Shown here: in pieces, positions 48,117 to 57,485 of the stretch
How the letters are laid out: each line of letters starts with the position of its first letter
Position numbering within the stretch: position 1 is the first letter of the stretch
Assembly (NCBI GenBank): GCA_024277435.1
Contig: JAJRVJ010000031.1
Span: forward strand, 11 to 64,010
Reading direction: 5' to 3'
From: Patescibacteria group bacterium
GTDB lineage: Bacteria; Patescibacteriota; Patescibacteriia; UBA9570
DNA length: 64,000 nucleotides
Program-made: the position numbers and the translations under genes
Notes under the pieces: generated by a model
Told to the model about the DNA's origin: nothing
Databases searched by the model: none
Seen by the model: the letters and a program-made list of their open reading frames with translations, nothing else

Positions 48117-49397
48117 TTACATTGTTAGATGTGCTGTCGTTTCACCCATTAACACGTATATACTTAGCCCTGTAATAATTAGGCCGAGTATACCATAGAT
48201 CAACATAGTCGCATCAACCCGCTTTGATTTTCTGCTTAGAAAAGGCAGAAAGAATAGCGTAATTACAACAATGAGTGGCGCAAAGAGAATGGCTTTCATG
48301 CCCCACAGATTTTCCGTACCATAGATCCACAGTAGATACCACGGGGGCTTGGTAATTTCCAAGCCATTATATGCCTCACTAAATATTGGGGCAGGGATTG
48401 TAGCAAGAAGAAACGCCACCCCCCATAATACTCCCGAGGATATCGCAATCTGTTTTAGTTGAGGAAATTTACGCTTAGCGCTCACCGACCGTTGCTGTAA
48501 ATACCTCCCAGTTTGCGAGAGTAATCTCCGGAATGACATAGCATATATCGCATGTACGCCAATAAGGATAAGAATAGCAATCGGAATGGCAATAGTATGA
48601 AGGATAAAAAAGCGTAACAAAGCAGTATCCCCTACACCAATAAATAGGGCGACATTTGCTATTATATTAGGTAGATAGTTGGTTGCTCCTACCCAAAAAT
48701 GGGCATACGCTTCATAGCTCTCCTGGTCCGAACGCATAAAGGTTCCTAATAGCATTGCCGTAAGCACAAGCGCAAACATAACTAACCCAGTCCAGTAAGC
48801 AAACAACTTTTTCTTATCTGAAATCTTCGTAAGCACAACTCGCGTCATATGCACCACCAATAGCACTAATAGCATATCAGATGCCCAATAATGCAGGTTG
48901 CGAATGTATCCAACTATTGGACTATCGGCCATAGCTTGAATACTTTCGTAGGCTAATCCCGGAAATGGAATGTACCATAACGATATAATGGCACCAGTAA
49001 TAGTTATTAGCGCTAATAAGCTTACGACCATTGCACCAGTGAGATAATTCAGCCGCTGTATTATGCGTACAATCTTATTCTGTTCTCCAGGATTTAACCA
49101 CACCAATGCAACTATAAGCAATACTAATATACCAAGTATAATCACGGTAATAATCGATCGCTGATTTTCTGCATCAACTATCGCATGATTGTTCATTTTA
49201 ACTTCCTCCAGGATTTTTCCACCACCAATATTCGTCTGAGAGGATGATGAGAAATTGGTCCCAATTTCTACGGGAGCATGCAACATCGGTTGACTCGTGG
49301 AACTCGCATCATCTCCTCCGTGAGCAGAACTTGCTAAAGGTAAGGCTAGCACTGTACTCAATAGTACAATGCTAGCTAATAATAGATGTATCTTCAT
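48117..49397 (-). CDS. cytochrome b (PetB/QcrB-like, N- and C-domains fused) with signal-like N-terminal extension
   Basis: RNLHYWASD..VVHMTRV, WTG, RFFILH..IGVH (four heme His), KPPWYL (PEWY-like). Confidence 0.85.
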   Translation of the reverse strand: MKIHLLLASIVLLSTVLALPLASSAHGGDDASSTSQPMLHAPVEIGTNFSSSSQTNIGGGKILEEVKMNNHAIVDAENQRSIITVIILGILVLLIVALVWLNPGEQNKIVRIIQRLNYLTGAMVVSLLALITITGAIISLWYIPFPGLAYESIQAMADSPIVGYIRNLHYWASDMLLVLLVVHMTRVVLTKISDKKKLFAYWTGLVMFALVLTAMLLGTFMRSDQESYEAYAHFWVGATNYLPNIIANVALFIGVGDTALLRFFILHTIAIPIAILILIGVHAIYAMSFRRLLSQTGRYLQQRSVSAKRKFPQLKQIAISSGVLWGVAFLLATIPAPIFSEAYNGLEITKPPWYLLWIYGTENLWGMKAILFAPLIVVITLFFLPFLSRKSKRVDATMLIYGILGLIITGLSIYVLMGETTAHLTM

Positions 49398-49398
49398 A

Positions 49399-50658
49399 TT
49401 AGGTTTTGCGTGTATGATACACTTTTCTATATAGGACAAAACCCATAATTCCCGTAACAGCAATTATTATGTAGAAAGCTATATTACCGGTGCGATCACC
49501 TGGTGCAGGAGCAGCCTCTCCATAGGTGGCTATGATAGCCGCAGGTACATCAGTTGTTATTACGCTATTCATTACATCACCACCTATATGTGCAACTAAT
49601 TGCTTACTAAATGCATCATTAGCTGATAAGCTGCCGCTATATATTTCATTTGCACCAAAGTATAAAGCAATACTGCTGTACTCACCAATTTCTAGATCAA
49701 CATTTCCCTCACCACCCTGTAGGGGCATGGCAAACTCATATACCCTCCCATTGCTACTGTCGCGAGATGCTTGCAATAGATTTGATATTACCTGATCACT
49801 CTCTAGTGTAATACCCCGCATCATGCCGCCCAGAGATTTGATATGATAATCTTCCACACCGTTCACCGACAATAATTTTACATCCTTAAATTCACTAGCC
49901 ATTCCATGATGGGGCGAAGCTTTTTGTAGTAATGCTATCCATTGCTTTGTATCAGTTTTTACAGCCCAATACATTGTATTATTTGATATAGTGGACCACA
50001 ACTCCACTGTTCTACCGTATTGATCAATTTTAGTGTAGCCAGCATCACTCCATTCATTATTATTTATTACTCCATCAATTACTGGCGCATCACCCTGATT
50101 GATAACGAATTCTGAGTGAAATTGTGATAGATCAACTTTATTGTTCAGTAATTCTTCAGGATAATTACTAGGATTATATGTCTCTAATATTTTTGATGGC
50201 CCTCCACCACAACCTTCACCATCCCAAATATCTCCCGTAACTGCATCGATATGGATATCTAATGAGTTCGATTCATATTTTTGCGGATTGTTACCACAGG
50301 CGGTAACGCCCGGGCTGCTTTTGATTGATTCGTCAGTAATGTCATACATGTAGACGTAGCGGCCATGCTCGTATGCGAACGCGTGAAAGTCTATATGATT
50401 AGCATTAGGATAGTTTATACTAATGTATCGATCAGCGATCGCTTGAGCTAATTCTGCTTAAATAGTTATGATTTCGGCTTCAACATCAGACTCAAAATCC
50501 ATTGCTAGCGGACTGCCGTCATTATGAGTCCATGCTACTAAACCCGATTCAGTGTTACCAATAGAAGCAGTTTGGCCACCGCACGCATAAGCGCTCTGCA
50601 GTGGCCAAATCAAACTTACGCCAACAACACCAAGTAAAGTGATTAAGCGTTTTTTCAT
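49399..50658 (-). pseudogene. secreted PepSY-like + DOMON/CBM9-like protein with C-terminal TM; one in-frame TAA
   Basis: ORFs 50458-50691 and 49399-50349 are in frame across a single TAA (50458-50460); IDAVTG; PVIDGVINNNEWSDA..MYWAV; YEFAMPL. Confidence 0.7.
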
Positions 50659-50662
50659 AGTA

Positions 50663-51109
50663 TTATTGGTTATAATAACTATCCCAGGCATTCTTACCGC
50701 CTTCTAGATCAACCACATTTGTATAGCCCATATCAACAAGCTCTTGCGCCGATCGTCCGCTCATGCTACCGGATCGACAATATACAGCGATTGGCGTTGT
50801 TTTATCTTTAGGCAATAACGTACTGGTAGATATTTGATTTTCTGGAATTAAGAGATCTGTGTCGGAAATATGTTCCTGCTGCGGCGTATGCACATCAATC
50901 ACTACAACATCTTCAGTTGTGGAAATATAGCTATTAAACTCCTGTGGAGATAATAGTGTAGCTGTTTTTACAATAGACTCGGTTGAATCCACTACATCTA
51001 CTTCATCCGTAGAAGAGCCTAGGCCTGTATACGCAATTAATGCGAGTAGCGCAAACCCAATGAGTAACAAGGCGACTAAGATAATGAATTGACTATTTGA
51101 TTTTTTCAT
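50663..51109 (-). CDS. membrane-anchored rhodanese-domain protein
   Basis: VIDVHT, VYCRSGSMS, LEGGKNAW. Confidence 0.9.
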   Translation of the reverse strand: MKKSNSQFIILVALLLIGFALLALIAYTGLGSSTDEVDVVDSTESIVKTATLLSPQEFNSYISTTEDVVVIDVHTPQQEHISDTDLLIPENQISTSTLLPKDKTTPIAVYCRSGSMSGRSAQELVDMGYTNVVDLEGGKNAWDSYYNQ

Positions 51110-51120
51110 AAGTGATATTG

Positions 51121-51393
51121 TTAACAGCCGCCTACCATCTTTGGTACGGAAGCTGGTTCTAATTGACTAGTTACATCGGTTGCAGTTGTAGCTGAACTTA
51201 CTGTACTCACCGTTGCTGCTGAGGCCCGATTTGTTGTAAGCATATATCCAAAATACGTATTAGATACTACAACTAATCCCAGTACTGAGAATTGAACGTA
51301 TTCGAATACACTAAATTTTTTCTGTTTTTTTACTGGGGTTTGAGTACCAGTTTTTTTAGTGATTATTTCTTCGATATCTTGTGTTGAGCTCAT
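51121..51393 (-). CDS. small single-TM protein ending MVGGC
   Basis: TM, S/T linker, terminal PKMVGGC. Confidence 0.7.
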   Translation of the reverse strand: MSSTQDIEEIITKKTGTQTPVKKQKKFSVFEYVQFSVLGLVVVSNTYFGYMLTTNRASAATVSTVSSATTATDVTSQLEPASVPKMVGGC

Positions 51394-51412
51394 AATAGAA
51401 TAGTTATTTTTA

Positions 51413-52051
51413 TTATTTTACGTTATTTATCAAATACGTTTTCTCATTGAACGTATTGTTTTTTATTTGTTTTAAGGCTTTTGCCGAAGCGTCATTTGGA
51501 AAATACAGTGACTTCCACGTAACTAATTCAGCTAATATCTCATCATTAGACATATCCGGATAAGCTTCTAATAGATAACGTGTAAGGCCACGCATCGCTT
51601 TTGAATGTGCGCAACCACAAGCGGCAACGCCATTATCATATACCAGCGTTTGTGCGCCGCAACAATACTCACAACTAATCATTAATCCGATGTTTATATA
51701 TCGCGATAATACATCAGGAGCGAGAATTTGTGGATTTTGATATGGATCATATTGTCGCATCACATTCATGGCCGCCTCAGTCTCATCGTATGTGATGCCA
51801 AGGGCGCCACCATACATAGGTGGTACCCCGGTAGGTCTTAGCAGCGACCAAGCCTTTCCAATATTTTCCTCCGTCATTGGTAATTGTGCTAACTGACTAA
51901 GCGCTTCCATATTCTCTCCGCTAGGCATCATCTCGGCATGAGCTGGCATTGTATACACTAATAATCCATTCATGATAGAAGTAAGTCCGATAACCACTAC
52001 GAGTAATGAGCTGATAATGGAAGAAGGGGTAATAGTATTCGCATGTTTCAT
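51413..52051 (-). CDS. exported Cys-cluster protein (PCYCGC-like)
   Basis: CEYCCGA...ACGCAHS..MRGL, WKSLYFP. Confidence 0.7.
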   Translation of the reverse strand: MKHANTITPSSIISSLLVVVIGLTSIMNGLLVYTMPAHAEMMPSGENMEALSQLAQLPMTEENIGKAWSLLRPTGVPPMYGGALGITYDETEAAMNVMRQYDPYQNPQILAPDVLSRYINIGLMISCEYCCGAQTLVYDNGVAACGCAHSKAMRGLTRYLLEAYPDMSNDEILAELVTWKSLYFPNDASAKALKQIKNNTFNEKTYLINNVK

Positions 52052-52057
52052 AATTAT

Positions 52058-53026
52058 TTAGTCTTCATGTGGTTCTTGTAATTTATATGCCTCGGGTCCT
52101 AAATCCAGATCAATTTCCGCCCAAATCTTGAATTCTGGAGCATCATCAATTTCTGGATCAGTTATTACAGCTATAGTTTTGAAGAATTTACCATCCGGTT
52201 CGTCATGTAAATTTGGATCAAATTCAACTGTTAGAGTTGTCGTATCTCCAGTTTCAAGATATTCATTACTAACGGAAGCAGTTGTACACGCGCAGCTACC
52301 AGGTACTCCAGTGATGGTGATGGGCTCAGATCCTAGATACGTCAGTTCAAAATCATGTGTGATAATACCTTGGCTTTGCTTTACCACCCCAAAATCATAT
52401 TCTAGCTCCGAAACACTAAATACCTCTTCTGATTCCGATTCCTGTATCGATGTGCTGCTAGATGCGTTGGTTTCTGCTTGTTTTTTTTCATAATCCTCTT
52501 CTGAAAGAACCATGCCCGATGCCTTTATTTCAAGGATTGAACCATCCTTAACAGACTTGTCCGCTTCAGTGATATCTCCATCTGGTACCGCGCTAGTGGT
52601 AATGTATACTGAACGCTGAATTTCGCCGGTAGCTGTAGGGCCATGTGCTAGAGGATCAAATACTACATTTACTTCGAACGATTCACCTGGCTGCACAATA
52701 CCATTCCAGTTTAATGCATTATTGTGCATACCAAATCGCCCACTGCTTGATTTCTCAGGAACGGAAATATATGCGGTTGTACACATACATGAAGTCTCGG
52801 CTGTTTTAATCACTAGCGGATCACTAGAATCATTCGTTAACGTAAACGTATGTTCTACATCTCCGCCCTGGATATTTATGTCTCCCCAATCATGTATAAG
52901 CTCTACATCTGTAGAAATAACTCCACTCGGCCAAGTAATCTCAGGATTAGGAGAACTTTGTAATACCGCCCAGGCAATAATTGCTACAATAGCAGCAATT
53001 ATTGCGCCAATGACAATTTTTTTCAT
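52058..53026 (-). CDS. tandem DUF1573 (Ig-like, SCxCT) protein
   Basis: HDWGDI..TSCMCT..FDPLAH and YDFGVV..GSCACT..FDPNLH. Confidence 0.85.
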   Translation of the reverse strand: MKKIVIGAIIAAIVAIIAWAVLQSSPNPEITWPSGVISTDVELIHDWGDINIQGGDVEHTFTLTNDSSDPLVIKTAETSCMCTTAYISVPEKSSSGRFGMHNNALNWNGIVQPGESFEVNVVFDPLAHGPTATGEIQRSVYITTSAVPDGDITEADKSVKDGSILEIKASGMVLSEEDYEKKQAETNASSSTSIQESESEEVFSVSELEYDFGVVKQSQGIITHDFELTYLGSEPITITGVPGSCACTTASVSNEYLETGDTTTLTVEFDPNLHDEPDGKFFKTIAVITDPEIDDAPEFKIWAEIDLDLGPEAYKLQEPHED

Positions 53027-53069
53027 AGATAACAATAATTTAGGTAATTAAACGAAATTACGCTAAATA

Positions 53070-53408
53070 CTATTCCAACAATATGACTGTTTCAAACAAA
53101 TAACGAGGTGGATGCCAAAATTCTGGCACGTATATTTCTTTCTGCCGAATAATAGTAACAGCGAATACAATACTCTGGCTAATAATAACAATAGCAACAA
53201 TTAAACCAGCTATCGCCATGTCATTATCTGCAAGTACTCCCGCAGAAGACAAGCAGTGGTCTGAACATTGATTGCTCGCCTGACACGTATCATCACACGC
53301 ACCCTCCATTGCATGATCCATTGCGCCCTGCATATCTCCTGCTATAGCTGCTGGAGCTAGCGAAAATATACTTAATGCACTAATGATTACTATTGCTAAT
53401 AATTTCAT
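53070..53408 (-). CDS. CutF/DUF2946-like small Cys/His/Met protein, copy 1
   Basis: signal peptide; C-x3-C-x5-C-x2-HC; TM; C-terminal HPPRYLFETVILLE. Confidence 0.65.
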   Translation of the reverse strand: MKLLAIVIISALSIFSLAPAAIAGDMQGAMDHAMEGACDDTCQASNQCSDHCLSSAGVLADNDMAIAGLIVAIVIISQSIVFAVTIIRQKEIYVPEFWHPPRYLFETVILLE

Positions 53409-53439
53409 ATCTTCATTATTACGGTATTTTCTATATTTA

Positions 53440-54216
53440 TCAAATCACCGGACTTGATAAACGCGTAAAATATCCAACAAGATAGGCAAATTTATTAAGT
53501 ATTAACAGCACCCCCATAATCAACAACATAACACCTGCTATCTTTTGAGCAATAATAGTATACCGATTAAACTTCTTCAATAGCGGGGCTACAGATTGTA
53601 TACTAAGGGCTAGTAAGAGAAATGGTACAGCTAAGCCCAAAGCAAAGGCCAACAGTAAGAGTACTCCTCGAATTGATCCTCCTGAAAATGTTGCTAAGAA
53701 TAATACCGATGCCAAAATAGGCCCAATACACGGTGTCCACGCAAAGCCGAATGTTAACCCTGTTAAAAATGAATTCAAGGATTGCCACTTTGTAAATCCC
53801 TTATGAAAATCAATTTTAAATTGCTTATATAACCACGGTATCTTGAATACCTCTAATACATAGAGACCAAGCAATATCATGAGTATACCTCCTAGGCGCT
53901 GTAACAACTCTTTATTTACACTGAGCAATGAACCCAATGTACCGCTCGCTAATCCCAGTAACATGAATACAATAATAAATCCGGTTACAAACAATACGGC
54001 CTGGATAAATGTTTTTCTCCGCAGTGCATGTTTTTTCTTTTCGCCCTGCTTTTCAACATCGCTCAACTCAATTCCTGTAAAGTATCCTAGATATGCCGGA
54101 ACAATTGGAAGTATACACGGGGATAGAAAGGCAATAATGCCAGCCAGGAAAGCGACGCCGAACCCGACGTCGCCTCCAATAAATAGACCAAAATTAGTCC
54201 ATAACTCAAATATCAT
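53440..54216 (-). CDS. ccdA: CcdA/DsbD-type thiol-disulfide transporter
   Basis: FLSPCILPIVPAY, FAWTPCIGPIL. Confidence 0.9.
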   Translation of the reverse strand: MIFELWTNFGLFIGGDVGFGVAFLAGIIAFLSPCILPIVPAYLGYFTGIELSDVEKQGEKKKHALRRKTFIQAVLFVTGFIIVFMLLGLASGTLGSLLSVNKELLQRLGGILMILLGLYVLEVFKIPWLYKQFKIDFHKGFTKWQSLNSFLTGLTFGFAWTPCIGPILASVLFLATFSGGSIRGVLLLLAFALGLAVPFLLLALSIQSVAPLLKKFNRYTIIAQKIAGVMLLIMGVLLILNKFAYLVGYFTRLSSPVI

Positions 54217-54218
54217 GG

Positions 54219-55016
54219 CTATTCAAGAATTTGATCAATGGCTGGTGCTAGTTGCTCGAATGGAAGAGCTCCGGGAATAGTTTCTAGTACATTCCCTTCA
54301 CCATCAACAATTACAGAAAATGGAGTTCCAGTTCCACCTAGCGCTTGAGCTTCGGCTAGCTCCGCCTCAACTTTATTGCTGTATTTTTCAGAATCTAGAC
54401 ACTCTGTGAACTGCCCCTCGTCCAATCCTACAGTAGCAGCCATATTGTATAATTCTTCATCAGCTAAACCATCGTTGGATGGCGTGGTTTCAAAGAGTAA
54501 ATTTATATACTCCCAAAACTTACCTTGTTCCGCAGCGCATTCAGTAGCCATAGCTTCCTTTTTTGCCTTCCGATGCAATGACGCGAGCGGAAAATGCTTG
54601 TACGCCCAACGAACTTGTCCGGCATATTCCTCTACTACCTGCTGCATTGTCGGATGGAACCGCTTGCAAAATGGACACTCAGTATCTGAATATTCAACAA
54701 TGGTAATATCACCCTCGCCGAGTACATTAGTTAGCGATGCCATATCAACACTACCAGCTGCGGATGGCTGAGTAGGCGTTGGTTGAGTCTTGGTTTTTGT
54801 AGTGGTACCAGAATTTGTATTTGCTGTAACTGTGGTAGCTGTATCTGTTGCGGAACCCACTACAGATACACCCTTGAACAGCATTACAAGCATCACAATA
54901 AAGCCCAGAGCAAATAATACTCCCCCTCCAATTACAATACCTCCCCAAAACGCCGTTCGAGGTGGTAATTGATCTAGCATCGATTTTGTGTTCTTACTTT
55001 CCATATTTTTATACAT
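54219..55016 (-). CDS. DsbA/BdbD-family thioredoxin
   Basis: EYSDTECPFCKRFH, HFPL, GTGTP; N-terminal TM. Confidence 0.92.
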   Translation of the reverse strand: MYKNMESKNTKSMLDQLPPRTAFWGGIVIGGGVLFALGFIVMLVMLFKGVSVVGSATDTATTVTANTNSGTTTKTKTQPTPTQPSAAGSVDMASLTNVLGEGDITIVEYSDTECPFCKRFHPTMQQVVEEYAGQVRWAYKHFPLASLHRKAKKEAMATECAAEQGKFWEYINLLFETTPSNDGLADEELYNMAATVGLDEGQFTECLDSEKYSNKVEAELAEAQALGGTGTPFSVIVDGEGNVLETIPGALPFEQLAPAIDQILE

Positions 55017-55018
55017 AG

Positions 55019-55600
55019 TTATTCGTTAGTTCGTTCAGGTGCACGATTGTAGTATTTGTTTACAAATGTTTCAATACGATCTTCATCATATTCATCAAAC
55101 GCATCTAAACGCGTCCACGCTGTTATAGCATATGTAGTGTCCAATGTATCATTTGGCACTAGCATAAGCTTAGTTTTACGAGAACTTAAATCCTGAAATA
55201 AGGTTTTAAGTTCTTCTAGATTTGTAATAGCATCTGGATGATAGTGAATGATCACACCACCATGCTCAAGATTATGCACTTGCCTTTCATACGCTACTGG
55301 TTCTGCGTATACTCCCCAATTAGCTGGTCCACTATGCGGTCCAGAGGTAGGTGGATTAGAATTGTATTCATCATGCTCCTTCCCAAGTTCGATATGTTCT
55401 CTACCTAAATCTTCAAGCTGCTCTCCAGGAATTTCCTGTGCTGACCTCCTTACGCCCATCACAATTAATGCGACAACTGCAATAACAACAAGTCCTACAA
55501 TAATTAATGCGATGGGGCTCTTTTTTTGTTTTGACTTCTTATTATCTAAGCGCTGCTTAGCTTTTTCTTGTTCGCGCTGCTCTTTACTCTTTTTGCTCAT
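55019..55600 (-). CDS. DUF3105 protein
   Basis: YNSNPPTSGPH, VHNLEHGGVIIHY, TAWTRL. Confidence 0.88.
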   Translation of the reverse strand: MSKKSKEQREQEKAKQRLDNKKSKQKKSPIALIIVGLVVIAVVALIVMGVRRSAQEIPGEQLEDLGREHIELGKEHDEYNSNPPTSGPHSGPANWGVYAEPVAYERQVHNLEHGGVIIHYHPDAITNLEELKTLFQDLSSRKTKLMLVPNDTLDTTYAITAWTRLDAFDEYDEDRIETFVNKYYNRAPERTNE

Positions 55601-55645
55601 AGAATACCTATTTTTTTTAATAATGTATAAATTTCACATGCGAAT

Positions 55646-55987
55646 TTATTCTAAAAGTTGTACCGTAGCAAAAAGATATTTAGGAGGATAAAAAATCTCT
55701 GAAGTATATTTCTTTACATGTACATTCAGCCAACTAAACCGTACAATGACAACGCTCATAATGGCGATAAGGGCTGTTATCGCTAACATACTACTATCCT
55801 TATGTCGCATTACTATAGATGTAATACAATGCTGAACACAATGCATGCTCGCAACACAATATGCACTATCACAACTTACTGGCGATATATCTCCACTCGC
55901 CATTTGATGATTAAATGAACTATTCATAAATAGCGCACCAAATATCATTCCAAATACTAACGTTGCGATAAAAAATATTTTGATCAT
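55646..55987 (-). CDS. CutF/DUF2946-like small Cys/His/Met protein, copy 2
   Basis: signal/TM; C-x4-C-x5-C-x2-HC; TM; C-terminal YPPKYLFATVQLLE. Confidence 0.65.
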   Translation of the reverse strand: MIKIFFIATLVFGMIFGALFMNSSFNHQMASGDISPVSCDSAYCVASMHCVQHCITSIVMRHKDSSMLAITALIAIMSVVIVRFSWLNVHVKKYTSEIFYPPKYLFATVQLLE

Positions 55988-56006
55988 ACGAACAGTATAG
56001 CAGTAA

Positions 56007-56774
56007 TTACTTTTTTATACTACCGCCGATAGTAGATTTATGTGTTTTATACCATACATACATGGCTACACCCAATCCTACTAAGAATAGGCTAATCAAC
56101 TGTGCAAAACTGCGATATGAAAATATGTACTCAGAATCTGGGTAATCACGTATGATCTCGATTAAGAATCGAAATGTGCCGTACATAATTAAACCCACGC
56201 TCCATATTCTTTGCTTCCAGGCTGGCTTTGTTGCAAGCCACCGTAATAGAAAAAAAACGGATATCAATATTATCGTGCTATATAGTTGAGCCGGATGCCG
56301 TGGAATATCACCTTGAGCAGTAATGGCCCAAGGCACACTAGTTGGCGTACCAATTTCACTCCATGATAAAAAATCACCAAGCCGACCAATTCCCCAGCCT
56401 AATAGCAAATATGGCATCACATTATTTAACCAAGGCATTACTGATTGTTTTTTGTATAGGATATATCCAATGGCTGCTAATACACCGCCTATCATTCCAC
56501 CAAATGAAACTAATCCACCTTCCCAAATTTTCGCAATATCAATTATATTCGCATACAACTGTAAGTTTAGTAGAACGTATAGTAAGCGTGCTCCCAATAT
56601 TCCACCCAATACACCAACGAGCACCACATTTTCTGCGATGTTCTTTGATAAATTATTCTTTTCAACCTGTTTGTACCATAATAGATAGGCAATAAGTATA
56701 CCAATAGCAATCAATAAGCTGTGTGTAGAAATACTTAGTGGGCCAATTTCAATATATTCTATTGGCAACATCAC
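56007..56774 (-). CDS. lgt: prolipoprotein diacylglyceryl transferase
   Basis: GARLLYV, WEGGL..GG, GRLGDF, RHPAQLY, RFLIEIIR. Confidence 0.9.
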   Translation of the reverse strand: MMLPIEYIEIGPLSISTHSLLIAIGILIAYLLWYKQVEKNNLSKNIAENVVLVGVLGGILGARLLYVLLNLQLYANIIDIAKIWEGGLVSFGGMIGGVLAAIGYILYKKQSVMPWLNNVMPYLLLGWGIGRLGDFLSWSEIGTPTSVPWAITAQGDIPRHPAQLYSTIILISVFFLLRWLATKPAWKQRIWSVGLIMYGTFRFLIEIIRDYPDSEYIFSYRSFAQLISLFLVGLGVAMYVWYKTHKSTIGGSIKK

Positions 56775-57481
56775 TGTAGTTCTTTACTCTTTTCTTCAAA
56801 CTCCTTCTTATCTATTTCGCCATTAGCATACCGCTTCTTTAGCACATCTTGCGCGGTATCACCTCCGGATTTCCTAGATACTTGCATAATTACAATAATA
56901 AGCACCACAACAATACCGATACCAAATAGCCAATTTAGTAATGAACCCAATCCAGACCATCCCATCATGTTTGTGGAATACCCCATCATAGAATCATCTA
57001 GTACCGCTCCGTAATCGTGCATCATTGTACCACCCATCATTCCTTCGCTCTCATGCATTAGTTCCATCATCTCCTCCATAAGATATCCTCCTAAAAGGAA
57101 GTTACCTTCACTTTGTACATTCTTCACTACATCAGAATCGGTTGATGTGAATGTAAATTCCGCTCCAGTAGCGATCTGCTCTACAAGCACTGTCATATCA
57201 GAAAAGTGTTCCTGAATATCATCTTCGTGCTGGATGAGCTCAGAGGTAATCGCCTCAACCAACTCTGCATCCGTGCTAGTAATACTCGTAATTATTCCAT
57301 CGGATATGTCCGTGGTCTCAAAATTAGCTTGATGCAGTACTGCATGCATATCTTGCATATGATCCCACTCCTCGCTTTGAGACTCACTAGCAGTATCTAC
57401 TACCTCTATTTCACCGCCATGCGCCAAAGCACTTATTGGTAACCACATGGAGAAGAGTATTAATATAAGTATTTTTTTCAT
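56771..57481 (-). CDS. Met/His-rich exported protein with TM and SHOCT domain
   Basis: ALA-HGG; MM repeats; LKKRYANGEIDKKEFEE. Confidence 0.82.
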   Translation of the reverse strand: MKKILILILFSMWLPISALAHGGEIEVVDTASESQSEEWDHMQDMHAVLHQANFETTDISDGIITSITSTDAELVEAITSELIQHEDDIQEHFSDMTVLVEQIATGAEFTFTSTDSDVVKNVQSEGNFLLGGYLMEEMMELMHESEGMMGGTMMHDYGAVLDDSMMGYSTNMMGWSGLGSLLNWLFGIGIVVVLIIVIMQVSRKSGGDTAQDVLKKRYANGEIDKKEFEEKSKELQ

Positions 57482-57485
57482 ATAT

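Noticed and set aside
33857-50460. Stop-codon reassignment suggested by in-frame TAA in two genes
   Set aside because: TAA, TAG and TGA all terminate clearly complete genes here (rpmG and recQ end in TAA; ATGA overlaps at 43974 and 56771), so point mutations or errors are more likely
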